Shown in pieces: positions 1 to 10,122 of a stretch of 64,000 nt of DNA. The notes under the pieces are model-generated. The model saw only the letters and a list, made by a program, of their open reading frames with translations. It ran no database searches and was not told the DNA's origin. Origin of the DNA: Candidatus Dojkabacteria bacterium (lineage in GTDB: Bacteria > Patescibacteriota > Dojkabacteria > SC72); contig JAAZBX010000002.1 in assembly GCA_012513575.1 (NCBI GenBank), positions 104,574-168,573 of the forward strand. The letters are read 5' to 3'. A program made the translations under genes and the position numbers. Every line of letters begins with the position of its first letter. Positions within the stretch are counted from its first letter, which is position 1.

Positions 1-978
1 AAATCTTTCAACTAACAATATTGGTGTAAAAGAAAGAAGACGTTTTTTACGGATAAAGAAGGTAAAGGAGAGGATTAGAATAGAGAAAAAGAGTAGTAAA
101 ATCGTCACTCTCGAAAAGGTAGGTATGATAGAAATTACAGAAATTAGCATTGTGAGAAAGGGAATAAAAGAATATTTCTTTTGGATATTTTTTACGAAGT
201 AGAGTGAAAGGAAAAAAGAAAAAAGGAAAAAACCAGCCAATATATTTGGATGAGGGAAGGTTCCGTAAGATCTTAGAATTTCTGTCCCTGAAAGACTTAC
301 AAAGCTTGAGCCCAACAATCCAGCAGCTACCTGTGATTCCCCTAAAAAATTGATTCCCAAAGAGACTCCCCTTTTGAATTGGAGATATCCGACTATCGCT
401 TGTCCCGCGGTCGTTAAGAAAAGTAGAATCGAAAAAATTTTCACTTCTTTACTTTCAATTTTTTCTCTTCTAAATTCTTCAATCAAAATTAAAAATGTGA
501 AGATATATGTTAAAAATCTTGCTGAATTTAAAGAGACAAGAAGATCTCTGAAAAAAATATTTTGAAGAAGTAGAATTAATGAGAAGAGGAACAATGGTAA
601 CTTGTATTTTTGGAATATTGTTTTGAATTGTAATCTATTTTCAATTAATAAGACAGTGATAAAAAGAAATACTCCCAAATCAATAATGGAAAGTGTTGGG
701 ACTAGATAGTTTACATGGATATTGTTTACCAATGTTTTTGAGAATTCGATAGGCAACTGATATGTAATATTTAATGGTAGAGATAGAAGTAAAAAAGAAA
801 TGAAGGCAATAGAAGTCTTTTTGGAAAATAAGTAAAAAAGATAGAAAAACAAAACAAGAATTGAGATTGAAATAAATCTCCCTATAGATTCTTTTACAAA
901 AAGAGACAATACCAAGAGGGTAAAAGCAAAGAGAAGAGAAACAAGTAGCTTCTTTTTTGAGAAGTGTTTAATTTGCAT
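1..978 (-). CDS. O-antigen ligase/Wzy-like polytopic membrane protein (3' end outside window)
   Basis: Not in ORF track. Hand translation from ATG 978 (MQIKHFSKKKLLVSLLF...) stays open to the window edge; many TM segments and the motif RSYGTFPHPNILAGF. Confidence 0.75.
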   Translation of the reverse strand, partial: MQIKHFSKKKLLVSLLFAFTLLVLSLFVKESIGRFISISILVLFFYLFYLFSKKTSIAFISFLLLSLPLNITYQLPIEFSKTLVNNIHVNYLVPTLSIIDLGVFLFITVLLIENRLQFKTIFQKYKLPLFLFSLILLLQNIFFRDLLVSLNSARFLTYIFTFLILIEEFRREKIESKEVKIFSILLFLTTAGQAIVGYLQFKRGVSLGINFLGESQVAAGLLGSSFVSLSGTEILRSYGTFPHPNILAGFFLFSFFLSLYFVKNIQKKYSFIPFLTMLISVISIIPTFSRVTILLLFFSILILSFTFFIRKKRLLSFTPILLVERF

Positions 979-1003
979 TAGCCAATTTTACCATTCACAC
1001 CAC

Positions 1004-1483
1004 TTACTTAATAGGAGATATAACAATTCTCCTATCCATACCCTCACCAATACTTTCAGAGGATATATCTTTAAATTTCATTAAAGCGAGGTGAACTATT
1101 CTTCTATCAGATGGTTTCATTGGGGGCAATTCAATTGGTTCTCCAAGTATTCTTGCATTATCAGCTTTTTCAAGTGCCATTTGCTCAAGTTTGTCATCCT
1201 TTTCTTTCCTATATCCCGCCACATCTACGAAAACTCTAAAATCCACTTCTTCACCAAGTTTTCTTCCTAAAATAATTTGGAGAATAAACTGTAAAGCGTC
1301 AAGGTGCCTCCCTCTATTTCCAATCATATATCCCAACTCTTTTCCCTCAAAGTTAACTTTGAGGTATTTAACACCCTCTTCTCCTTCTTCTATAGAGACT
1401 TCTCTCTCGCTCTCAACTTTGAGCAAAGAGGAGAGATTTTCTACCTCATTTTGGACAATTTTTAATAGTTCCTTATCTTTCAT
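1004..1483 (-). CDS. jag: Jag/KhpB (EloR) RNA-binding protein, KH + R3H domains
   Basis: IGNRGRHLDALQ KH motif, RRIVHLAL R3H motif, follows yidC. Confidence 0.9.
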   Translation of the reverse strand: MKDKELLKIVQNEVENLSSLLKVESEREVSIEEGEEGVKYLKVNFEGKELGYMIGNRGRHLDALQFILQIILGRKLGEEVDFRVFVDVAGYRKEKDDKLEQMALEKADNARILGEPIELPPMKPSDRRIVHLALMKFKDISSESIGEGMDRRIVISPIK

Positions 1484-1543
1484 TAAGATAATTCTAACAA
1501 TTTATTACAAAATAAACAGGGATACCTGACTAACTAGAACCCC

Positions 1544-2404
1544 TTATTTCTCTGCTTCTACGTTCCCTTTTCCTTTCCCTTTTTTCATTACAGAGATTAA
1601 ATTCTGAACACCCTTCTTTGTTTTATCCCAATCTAAGAGAACATACTGAGCAATTAATGCAAATGATTGCGCTACCCAATACAGACCTAAAAATGCTGGC
1701 ATCCTAATAGCAAAAAGAATAGTCATCACAGGAAGTACATAATTAAAGGATTTGGACATATTTTCTTGAAGCGCTTCTGGAGAAAGCTCTTCTGTTTTCT
1801 TCTTTTTCTTAGATTTCGCTGCCTGTGGATTTTGCATCAACTGTGTAAACTTCGTTGTAAAGTACTGAGAGACACCAGCTAAAATTGCAATGATCAAAAA
1901 TACGATTCCCTCTTTACTAAATTTGTCAGAAAGTTCTGAGTAAATATTTGTTAACTCCAAACCAAGAAATTTAGTATTTATGAGAAAATCTTTACTTGAT
2001 GCTATCCATTCATGAATAAATGGATACATTCCGTTAATATTATTCGCAGCAATATTTCTAATAGCCTGATAAAGAACAATTATAATTAATAACTGAGGAA
2101 TAAATGTCCCAAGACAGCCCAAAGGATTGTAACCAGACGCTTTGTAAAGCTTCATTTGCTCCTGAGAAAGTTTCTCAGGATTGTTCTTGTATTTTTTTTG
2201 AAGTGCATCTAACTGAGGTTTAAGTGAAGCCATTTTCCTTGTCATACTCGTTTGACTCTTGGTCAAAGGAAGAAGAACTAGCCTAAAAATTATTGCAAGA
2301 GCGATAATAGCTAATCCTAAATTATCTCCTAAAATGTGATAAAGAGACAAAGCGACATTAAGAATTGGGTTATACAGTAAATTCGTCCAAATCCAAGAAA
2401 ACAT
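1544..2404 (-). CDS. yidC: YidC/Oxa1 membrane protein insertase
   Basis: GLAII...RLVLLPL, YNPLGCL, LGLYW motifs; synteny with rnpA/rpmH. Confidence 0.95.
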   Translation of the reverse strand: MFSWIWTNLLYNPILNVALSLYHILGDNLGLAIIALAIIFRLVLLPLTKSQTSMTRKMASLKPQLDALQKKYKNNPEKLSQEQMKLYKASGYNPLGCLGTFIPQLLIIIVLYQAIRNIAANNINGMYPFIHEWIASSKDFLINTKFLGLELTNIYSELSDKFSKEGIVFLIIAILAGVSQYFTTKFTQLMQNPQAAKSKKKKKTEELSPEALQENMSKSFNYVLPVMTILFAIRMPAFLGLYWVAQSFALIAQYVLLDWDKTKKGVQNLISVMKKGKGKGNVEAEK

Positions 2405-2460
2405 CTTTCGATTGTTGCTTAATTAAAATAGTATTTCGGACTATATCACAAAAAAAACAA

Positions 2461-2700
2461 TTAAGGAACAGGGTCGTATGTTCCAGCAGCTGTTTTGTAA
2501 TTACATCTTAAAATTCTTTTAATAGCTAAAAACCCTCCTTTTAAAACTCCGTATTTATCGATAGCGCTATATCCATACTCAGAACAGGTTGGAATAAATT
2601 TACATACTCTATAATTTGGACGAAGTTTCCCATAGAAACCATGATCTAAGGAAAGTGTTTTTTGATACCACCTAATTATTCTTAGTACTACCTCTTTCAT
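2461..2700 (-). CDS. yidD: Membrane protein insertion efficiency factor YidD
   Basis: CKFIPTCSEY...RILRC...YDPVP signature. Confidence 0.95.
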   Translation of the reverse strand: MKEVVLRIIRWYQKTLSLDHGFYGKLRPNYRVCKFIPTCSEYGYSAIDKYGVLKGGFLAIKRILRCNYKTAAGTYDPVP

Positions 2701-3031
2701 CTGATAAAAGCTTTTTTAATAGATAATTAAAATCTTCTTTAAGCTTGGAATAATCATCACAGAAAGTAAATGCAATAAATTCAAAATTTCCATTCTTTAG
2801 AGAGAATTCTTGGCTTTTTATTGCTTCCATTGAAATTACTCTAAGAAGCCTTGTCATTCTATGCCTTCTTACAGCATTTCCTATCTTTTTACTTACTACA
2901 AATCCAAATTTGGGGATATTCTGAGAATTGTCAAAATAGAGTAGCATTCCATATTTACCCTTGGCTTTAATACCTTTTCTATACAACAATTGAAACTCTT
3001 TTGCAGGCAACCTGTATTTTCTAGGTAGCAT
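2672..3031 (-). CDS. rnpA: Ribonuclease P protein component
   Basis: FGFVVSKKIGNAVRRHR (RNR-type motif); synteny. Confidence 0.95.
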   Translation of the reverse strand: MLPRKYRLPAKEFQLLYRKGIKAKGKYGMLLYFDNSQNIPKFGFVVSKKIGNAVRRHRMTRLLRVISMEAIKSQEFSLKNGNFEFIAFTFCDDYSKLKEDFNYLLKKLLSDERGSTKNN

Positions 3032-3038
3032 GATATTA

Positions 3039-3221
3039 CTACTTAATATTTTGTTTATGCTTTTTTCTTAAGAGTTTGTACTCTTCTGAAACAGAAAGTT
3101 CTTTTCTGCCTTTAGCTCTTTTGGTTTTCAAAACCCTTCTTCCCCCAACAGTGCTGTTTCTTGCTCTAAAACCAAGCTTTTTAATTCTTCGCATGTTGTT
3201 TGGCTGATATGTTCTTTTCAT
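3039..3221 (-). CDS. rpmH: 50S ribosomal protein L34 with short C-terminal extension
   Basis: MKRTYQPN...GFRAR...GRRVL...KGRKELS. Confidence 0.97.
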   Translation of the reverse strand: MKRTYQPNNMRRIKKLGFRARNSTVGGRRVLKTKRAKGRKELSVSEEYKLLRKKHKQNIK

Positions 3222-3467
3222 ATAATTTCTGATAAATGTGAAATCAAGCTGATTATATAGGAAGCAATTACATTTAGCAAATAAATAAAATTCTCTCTAA
3301 TATTATTAGAGTTGATCTCGCTTGTCAAAAAAGCCCTTTTAATAAAGATATTTTAGCATTAAAAAAAAGATATCCACATTTTCCCAAAATTGAATATAAT
3401 GGGAAAGAGTCCCAATCGACCATTGACTGCCCCCCAGAAAACTGTCATTAAGTTAAATAACTAAGCA

Positions 3468-4898
3468 ATGAACAAGGCTGATTTTAAAAGTTACTTCGAA
3501 AATATACAACCCAATTCGAATGAGGATGGGGATGAATTATGGAAATTAACTAAAGAGCACTTAAAATTAATGCTCGGAAACAGAATTTTCTTAAGTCTTT
3601 TTACAGGTGTATATATTGAGAATGTTGGGAATGGAATTGTGCAATTTACTTGTGACACAGAGTACAAAAGAGAGAAGATATTAAGAGATTACAAAGCTTC
3701 AATTAAGCAAGCGTTAAGAAAAGCTAGTGGTCTTAATTATGAAGTTGAGATGAATATTAAAACTTCTACAAATTCGAATAAAAAAGATAGATATGAATAC
3801 CATGATCCAAAAGAAGGAGAGTCCCTAGACCTTTTTTCTTCAAGTCAGAAGCAGAAAGAAAGATTTTTAAAAAGTATTGAGGATTCAAATTTAAATCCAA
3901 GATATCTTTTTTCTAATTTCATTGTCGGAAAAAGTAATGAACTTGCCGAGGCTGTTGCAGAAGCAGTTTCAAACGATTTGGGAAATGCATACAATCCAGT
4001 TTTCTTCTACGGAAATAGTGGGCTTGGGAAAACTCACCTTATGCAAGCGATAGGGAATGAGGTTTTAAAGCAGGATTCTTCAAAAAAAGTTGTTTACACA
4101 ACTACTGAAACCTTTTTAAATGAGATGGTTGATGCTATTAAAACAAAAAGAAATGATGATTTTCGAAACAAATACAGGACTGTTGATCTCCTTATGATTG
4201 ATGATGTCCAATTTGTCGAAATGTTTCCAAGAACTCAGGAGGAGCTCTTCCATACATTTAACGCACTCTATGATTCAAACAAACAAATCATCTTAGCATC
4301 GGATAGGCCACCAAAAGAAATTAAAAATATAACGGAGAGACTTAGAACACGATTCCAAGGTGGCATGGTTGCAGATATTCAGCCTCCCGATTACGAAACC
4401 AGGTTAGCTATTCTTCAACAATCACTTGAAGAGAAAAAACTAAGTATTCCAGAGGAGCATTTAGAAATGATCGCGAAGAATATTGAAAGCAATATTCGAG
4501 AACTTGAAGGAGCACTTACAAAAGTATCTTCACTTTACAGAATTGGCTTGAACCCAAATGAAGAGGAAGTTGCGAAAATTCTCCAAGTGGATTTAGATTC
4601 AAAAAGAAAGAAGATTACTTCAAGCAAAGTAATATCAACAGTAAGTGAAGTTTTTGATGTTAAGCCCTCGGATATTAAAGGAAGTCGTAGGACTGCATAT
4701 GTCGCACAGTGTAGACAAGTTGTCATGTATATCTTACGAAAAGAATTACAGCTTCCTCTTGAGAGAGTTGCAAAAGAGGTAAATAGAAAAGATCATACAA
4801 CCGTGCTTCATGCTTACGATAAAATTGAGGAATTAGTTACAAAGGATAATAGGTTTGGAGAAAGAGTGGATAAATGCATTCAACTGCTTAGGGAATAA
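3468..4898 (+). CDS. dnaA: Chromosomal replication initiator DnaA
   Basis: YNPVFFYGNSGLGKTHL Walker A, DLLMIDDVQF Walker B, KDHTTVLHA domain IV. Confidence 0.99.
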   Translation: MNKADFKSYFENIQPNSNEDGDELWKLTKEHLKLMLGNRIFLSLFTGVYIENVGNGIVQFTCDTEYKREKILRDYKASIKQALRKASGLNYEVEMNIKTSTNSNKKDRYEYHDPKEGESLDLFSSSQKQKERFLKSIEDSNLNPRYLFSNFIVGKSNELAEAVAEAVSNDLGNAYNPVFFYGNSGLGKTHLMQAIGNEVLKQDSSKKVVYTTTETFLNEMVDAIKTKRNDDFRNKYRTVDLLMIDDVQFVEMFPRTQEELFHTFNALYDSNKQIILASDRPPKEIKNITERLRTRFQGGMVADIQPPDYETRLAILQQSLEEKKLSIPEEHLEMIAKNIESNIRELEGALTKVSSLYRIGLNPNEEEVAKILQVDLDSKRKKITSSKVISTVSEVFDVKPSDIKGSRRTAYVAQCRQVVMYILRKELQLPLERVAKEVNRKDHTTVLHAYDKIEELVTKDNRFGERVDKCIQLLRE

Positions 4899-5351
4899 AC
4901 TTGTGGATAACCTTGTGAATAAGTGCTGGACAATTTTTTGTTTTTATAATTAAAAGATGTTTAACTAATCCTATGAGATCATTAAAAGGTTCCTACAACA
5001 ACATTTAAGATGACCTCTTGTATCCACACTCTTTACTAAGATATCCCGTGTTATCCAAAAAAATAATCCACATTGATACAGATTGCCATCTCAACATTTT
5101 TGATTTTCTTAAAGGATAATTCTAAGAAAAGATATCCACTAGGAATTTTGAAGAAAATACTAGTTCCTGACAACGTTAAAATAAATTTAAACAAAAGTTA
5201 TCTACTTATCCATATTGCCTACTACTTTTTCTAAGATATTTAATTAAAAAAGAAATTAATAGATACATTTGTGGAAAAATTAATGTATAATTGGGCATAA
5301 GATTTCTGTGTTAAGAAAACTACCCATATTTAAAATATGATTTGTTGAAAA
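4899..5351. other. oriC: Replication origin oriC
   Basis: dnaA-dnaN spacer with DnaA boxes: TGTGGATAA 4902-4910 (perfect), TGTGAATAA 4914-4922, GTATCCACA 5020-5028, TTATCCAAA 5051-5059, TAATCCACA 5064-5072, TTATCCATA 5206-5214, TGTGGAAAA 5270-5278; AT-rich tract ~5225-5270. Confidence 0.9.
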
Positions 5352-6473
5352 ATGAAATTCACTTGTAATCAAGATACATTCTCAAAATATTTAAATATTG
5401 TAAGTAGAGTTGTTACATCAAAACCAGGTTTACCAATTTTAAGTAATGTGATGTTTGAGACAGAGAATGGTAAGCTTACTATGAAGACAACAGATTTAGA
5501 ATTGAGTATTAGTACCTGGATTGGAGCAGATATTCAAGAAGATGGAAAGATTACAGCCCCAGCAAAGCAGCTTTCTGAATTTGTGAATTCTATTCCTGAA
5601 GAAAAGGTAGATATTGAGATCGTTAAACAGAACTTTAATATCTCAACATCGAATAATACTGCTAGTTTTAATACAATGCCTTCTGAGGATTTTCCAAATA
5701 TCCCTGAGGTAGGAAAAAAGAAATATGACTTTAGAGTAAAAAAAATAGATATTGTCCAAGCAGTTAATAGAGTGGCTTTTGCAGCAGCCAGTGATGATAT
5801 TAAACCTGTTTTAACAGGAGTAAAGGTTGAAGTTGAGGATGATAAGGTTTCATTTGTTGCTACAGATGGATACAGGCTATCAAAGCAGAGTGTAAAGATA
5901 GAAAAAGATAGTGGTAAAAAAAGTTTTTTAGTTCCTGTTAGAGCTTTTTCTGAATTGACATATATTATCTCCGAATTGGATACGGATGAGGAGTGGGTTA
6001 ATATTTATCTCTTAGAGGATAGGAATCAGGTTCTTTTTAGATTGTCAGATGTAGATTTAGTTTCAAGATTAATAGATGGAGAGTATCCTGAGTACAAGCA
6101 GATTATTCCTACAGGTTTTGAGACTAAGTGTGTTATCAAGAGAGAGGATTTCCTTAATTCTTTGAAAGTTGTAAATATCATTGCTCGTTCTGTTCTAGGA
6201 AACAAAATGATTTTAAATATTAATACAAAAGATGGAAAGATTGCACTATCAGCTGTTCAAAGTGATTTGGGAAAGAACCAGAGTATTTTTAATGGAGATA
6301 TTAAAGGAAATGATATTAAAATTGCATTTAGTGCAAAGCTTCTATCTGATATATTAAATCATTTAGATTCTGAGGATTTGGTATTCCAGTGTACTGATCC
6401 TGTAAAACCAGGTGTCTTCCTTATTGAAGGGGAAGAGGATTTTGTACATTTGGTTATGCCTATGATGCTTTAG
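5352..6473 (+). CDS. dnaN: DNA polymerase III beta sliding clamp
   Basis: VATDGYRLS, SRLIDGEYPEY, C-terminal LVMPM; follows dnaA. Confidence 0.98.
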   Translation: MKFTCNQDTFSKYLNIVSRVVTSKPGLPILSNVMFETENGKLTMKTTDLELSISTWIGADIQEDGKITAPAKQLSEFVNSIPEEKVDIEIVKQNFNISTSNNTASFNTMPSEDFPNIPEVGKKKYDFRVKKIDIVQAVNRVAFAAASDDIKPVLTGVKVEVEDDKVSFVATDGYRLSKQSVKIEKDSGKKSFLVPVRAFSELTYIISELDTDEEWVNIYLLEDRNQVLFRLSDVDLVSRLIDGEYPEYKQIIPTGFETKCVIKREDFLNSLKVVNIIARSVLGNKMILNINTKDGKIALSAVQSDLGKNQSIFNGDIKGNDIKIAFSAKLLSDILNHLDSEDLVFQCTDPVKPGVFLIEGEEDFVHLVMPMML

Positions 6474-6484
6474 GTTTTCTGTCT

Positions 6485-7030
6485 CTAATCAAAGCATTCT
6501 CTTAGACTTCTCCAAGCTTCTATAATTATCTCTTTGTCGTCTCTTAATCTTTCTGAAGCAAATTCCAAAGCCACTCCATTATTTTTAACAGCTTTCAAAA
6601 CTACCTCTTTATCATTTTTTAATTCATCGGAAGCATATTTTAAAGCAAAACCATAACTTTCAACTACCTCAGTGACAATATCTTTATCATTTTTTAATTC
6701 ATCTGTCGCATATTCTAAAGCATTTGGATTTTTTTGAAGTACCTCTATCATAAACTCCCTATCACTTCTTAACTCATCAGAAGCAAATAGTAAAGCTTTG
6801 CCATTTAGTATTTCCCATGGTGATATTAAACCTTCTGCCTCGCTTGTAATTGCAGTCATCACAACTTCCCTATCATTTTTTAATCTTTCTGAAGCATATT
6901 CTAAGAATGTTCCTATTTTCTTAACGACTTTTAAAGTAATCTCTTTATCCTCCCTGAGAGCTGGAATCTCATGGTATTCCTTAACATAATCAGGAGTACT
7001 TAGTTCTTGTTCTAACTCCGAAGTTTCCAT
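6485..7030 (-). CDS. DUF4116-type helical repeat protein
   Basis: Tandem ~25-aa repeats ALxYASxELxNDKEVV. Confidence 0.8.
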   Translation of the reverse strand: METSELEQELSTPDYVKEYHEIPALREDKEITLKVVKKIGTFLEYASERLKNDREVVMTAITSEAEGLISPWEILNGKALLFASDELRSDREFMIEVLQKNPNALEYATDELKNDKDIVTEVVESYGFALKYASDELKNDKEVVLKAVKNNGVALEFASERLRDDKEIIIEAWRSLRECFD

Positions 7031-7109
7031 ATCTATATCATCAAAAATAAAATATATGGGGAGTTTGTGTATATATTATATAACAATTCTCTTTGGAGTC
7101 CAATTATAG

Positions 7110-7784
7110 TCATTCTTTAGGTTTTCTGTCTCTAACAATGTATCCTATACCATGTACTGTCTCAATGACATTTCTGTCTTCAAGTTTACTTCTCAGTCTG
7201 TTTATATGCACATCGATTGTGTTTGAACCTATATACTCTCTATAGTCCCAAACATGATCGAGCAATTCACACCTTGAAATTGGTCTGTCTTTATTTCTTA
7301 CCAAATACTCAAATAGGTCATATTCCTTATTCCTAACTTCAATATCCTCATTTCCCTTTTGTATGCTTTTGCTATTAGTATCCAAGACTAAGTTTCCAAG
7401 ATAAAGGTTGTTATCTATATACGATTTAGGTCTTCTGCTTACTGATTGAATTCTTGCTAATAACTCTTGCATAGGAAAAGGATATGTAAGGACATCATCT
7501 CCTCCATGGTTTAGAAAATTCACTTTCTCAGGCCAACCACCATTATTACAAACACCCAAAACTTTTGTTTTAGGGCAATGCTTAATTATGTAAGAAAGTA
7601 TTTCCTCGCTCTTGTTGCCTGAAAGTTTTGTGTTTAATATTACAAACTCAAAAATCCCATCTTTGACGTATACCTTACTACCAAAATTCTCATTATCTAA
7701 AGTCACTTTATATCCGTATGAATCAAGAGTTTTTTCTATAATCTGTGAAAGAGTGGAAGAATTCTCTATAATTAAGATATTCAT
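7110..7784 (-). CDS. Orphan OmpR/PhoB-family response regulator with degenerate receiver domain
   Basis: wHTH motifs KEYDLFEYL, SNTIDVHINRLRSKL, IETVHGIGY; ATG 7784 preferred (MNILIIE). Confidence 0.85.
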   Translation of the reverse strand: MNILIIENSSTLSQIIEKTLDSYGYKVTLDNENFGSKVYVKDGIFEFVILNTKLSGNKSEEILSYIIKHCPKTKVLGVCNNGGWPEKVNFLNHGGDDVLTYPFPMQELLARIQSVSRRPKSYIDNNLYLGNLVLDTNSKSIQKGNEDIEVRNKEYDLFEYLVRNKDRPISRCELLDHVWDYREYIGSNTIDVHINRLRSKLEDRNVIETVHGIGYIVRDRKPKE

Positions 7785-7861
7785 TCGCAAAAAGTGTAAA
7801 ATTAATAGGCAAAGCTTAATTTTATATATATGTATAATTAAATCCTAGTAAACGAACATTT

Positions 7862-8230
7862 ATGAAATTTACTTTTACTTTTTTCTTTCTTTTAGGCTTT
7901 AGCGTAAGCTTCTTGTATTATTTATTTCAAAACCAAACCTTCCTTCCAACTGTTTCTTTGCATGAAGTAAATTGGAGTAACTTGTTTGTATTTGTAACCT
8001 TCTCTCTTCTCTCACTTCTCTCTCTCTTAAATTTGATTTTCTATCATTCATACAAAATATTTAAGAAAGAAATGCCCGAGAAATTAAGAATCAGAGAAAG
8101 TGTTAAATTCTCCCTCTTCATTTCTTTAGGTATTCTTGTTGTTTTCGCGTTACACATCTTCCACATAATCAGCTTCCCTTGGGGTATTGGAATCCTTGTT
8201 GTTCTACTGTTACTCTTTTTTGTGGTATGA
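7862..8230 (+). CDS. Hypothetical membrane protein (~4 TM)
   Basis: Hydrophobic 122-aa ORF collinear with downstream genes. Confidence 0.65.
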   Translation: MKFTFTFFFLLGFSVSFLYYLFQNQTFLPTVSLHEVNWSNLFVFVTFSLLSLLSLLNLIFYHSYKIFKKEMPEKLRIRESVKFSLFISLGILVVFALHIFHIISFPWGIGILVVLLLLFFVV

Positions 8231-8243
8231 TAAACCAAGAAAT

Positions 8244-8915
8244 ATGGAAAATGACAGCATGGAAAAATTAGCAGATTTCTTAACAGGAGAGAAAGCTCTT
8301 CGAGATAAGGAGCAAAGTATTGAGAATGCAAAGAAAGAAGCTATTAAAGAGGAAAAAAACAAAAGAAGGAGAGATATTGTAGAAGGCAAAGCGAAATTAA
8401 AAGAAGATCCTGTTCAGAAAAAGAAGGTTGTCCAAAATATTAAACTTTTTGAATGGTCCGCTCCAGAAAGGTATCAGATCAAGCTTCAAAGCAAGAACTT
8501 TTTAATCATTGTTGTTATTTCACTTCTCTTTATCTCCCTTCTTGCTGTTCTTGGTAAATATTATCTTATTGCTGCAATAATTTCTGTCCTTTTTGTAATA
8601 TATGCTGCTGGTAGTACCAAACCTTTAATTGCAAAACATAAAATTACTGCAAGGGGGATAGAAACTGTTGGGAAACTGTATGAATGGTATATGCTTGAAG
8701 ATTTCTACTTTTGTAAAAAGGGAAATATGTATACTCTGCTTGTTCAAACAAAATTGAACTTCCCTAAAGCATTAGTATTACTTTGTAATGAGAAGGACAA
8801 AGACCCAATATTTGTAATTCTTCAAAAGAAACTTCTGTACAGGGATATTAGAAAGAAACTAAGCAAAGTTGATGTTCTTTCCTTTGGAGAATATGTTCCA
8901 TTAGAGAGAATCTAA
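8244..8915 (+). CDS. Two-TM protein with C-terminal PH-like (DUF5673/YcxB-like) domain
   Basis: FEWSAPE motif, 2 TM, then ITARGIETVGKLYEW; ATG 8244 preferred. Confidence 0.6.
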   Translation: MENDSMEKLADFLTGEKALRDKEQSIENAKKEAIKEEKNKRRRDIVEGKAKLKEDPVQKKKVVQNIKLFEWSAPERYQIKLQSKNFLIIVVISLLFISLLAVLGKYYLIAAIISVLFVIYAAGSTKPLIAKHKITARGIETVGKLYEWYMLEDFYFCKKGNMYTLLVQTKLNFPKALVLLCNEKDKDPIFVILQKKLLYRDIRKKLSKVDVLSFGEYVPLERI

Positions 8916-8930
8916 CGTTAAAGTTTCTGA

Positions 8931-9587
8931 ATGAAAAAAGTTCAAAAGAATTTAAATATCGAGAAATTAAGGAAAAACTTTTCCCATTTGTTTGTTGGAA
9001 TGGATTTGCAGAAAACAGAGATTGAATTCTTGTTTTCTGAATTAAAAGAAATGTATGAACAGGAGGGTAGATATTACCATAATTTGAAGCATATTGAGAG
9101 AATGCTTTCTTTTTTAGAAAGAAGAGTAGACAGAATAGAAGATTGGGTATCTATTCAGCTAGCTGTTTGGTTTCATGATTGTATTTATGATATCCATGAC
9201 AGTAAAAATGAAGAAAGAAGTGCCGATTTCGCTAGAAAAAGACTATCCGATTTAGGAGTATCTGAAGATCTTGTTGAGAAAGTAGCAGATTTAATTCTTC
9301 TTACGAAAAAGCACGAGATTACGGCAAAACATTCTAATTATGACACCAAAATCTTTTTAGATTCAGACCTTATGTCTTTGGGAGGTAGTTTTGAGGAATA
9401 CAGCAAGATATTTGAAAGAATTAAAAAAGAGTATTCTGAAATTCCTAGTGAAGTATTCAAGAATGGTAGAAGAGTATTTCTCCAATCAATTCTTTCAAAA
9501 CCAAGAATATTTTACACAGATGAAATGTTTTTAGAATTTGAACAGGATGCAAGGAGAAATTTGGAAAGGGAGTTAGTTAGCATTTAG
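8931..9587 (+). CDS. HD-superfamily metal-dependent phosphohydrolase
   Basis: RYYHNLKH, WFHDCIYD, NEERSA, FLDSDL motifs. Confidence 0.85.
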   Translation: MKKVQKNLNIEKLRKNFSHLFVGMDLQKTEIEFLFSELKEMYEQEGRYYHNLKHIERMLSFLERRVDRIEDWVSIQLAVWFHDCIYDIHDSKNEERSADFARKRLSDLGVSEDLVEKVADLILLTKKHEITAKHSNYDTKIFLDSDLMSLGGSFEEYSKIFERIKKEYSEIPSEVFKNGRRVFLQSILSKPRIFYTDEMFLEFEQDARRNLERELVSI

Positions 9588-9613
9588 ATTTCCGTGGTAT
9601 AATGATGGATATT

Positions 9614-9700
9614 GGAGAGATGCCTGAGTGGTTGAAAGGGAAGCTCTCGAAAAGCTTTGTTTGGTTTTCCAAACCGGGGGTTCGAATCCCTCTCTCTCCG
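9614..9700 (+). tRNA. tRNA-Ser(CGA), CCA not encoded
   Basis: GGAGAGA/TCTCTCC acceptor stem, AAGCT-CTCGAAA-AGCTT anticodon arm, long variable arm, GGTTCGAATCC. Confidence 0.95.
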
Positions 9701-9708
9701 TATACAAG

Positions 9709-10122
9709 ATGAAAAAAGAAATAGATAAAACACACTGGACAATTCAAACCTTAGTATTTTTGACAATCATTCCTATGTTTGTTTTTCTTAATCAGATCGT
9801 CCCTTCTGAAGAGATTTTCTCTTTCAAAGAAGCAACCTCTCTTCTCTTCCTTCCCTCTCTACTTTCTATTTCTTTGGTAATGATTTCACTCTTTTGTAAC
9901 AGGAGAAAGCTCTTTTCAAAGGAGTATTGGTATTTGAATGATTTTGTTTACTGGAATATTTTTTCTTGCACTCTTTCCTTAATAGCAATTTTTCACGGCA
10001 TTAACAGTAAAGTATTTCCACTAATATTCTCCCAAGTCTTTGCATATATCGCTCTTCTTCTTGGTTATGCAAATGAACTTAGAAATGAGATAATAGAGGG
10101 AAAATTTAAGAAAGGAGAATAA
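9709..10122 (+). CDS. Hypothetical membrane protein (~4 TM)
   Basis: ATG 9709 just after the tRNA (the track start overlaps the tRNA); hydrophobic; abuts the next gene. Confidence 0.65.
   Translation: MKKEIDKTHWTIQTLVFLTIIPMFVFLNQIVPSEEIFSFKEATSLLFLPSLLSISLVMISLFCNRRKLFSKEYWYLNDFVYWNIFSCTLSLIAIFHGINSKVFPLIFSQVFAYIALLLGYANELRNEIIEGKFKKGE

Noticed and set aside
350-565. Short + strand ORF and the many 60-140 aa antisense ORFs in the track
   Set aside because: They lie within or opposite well-supported genes and show no motifs
6540-6900. ~75-bp imperfect nucleotide repeats
   Set aside because: Explained by the DUF4116 protein repeats
9584-9766. ORF 9584-9766(-), the 5' part of 9628-10122(+), and ORF 34159-34359(+)
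   Set aside because: They overlap tRNA-Ser genes; typical tRNA shadow ORFs (RRERDSNP, AEREGFEP)
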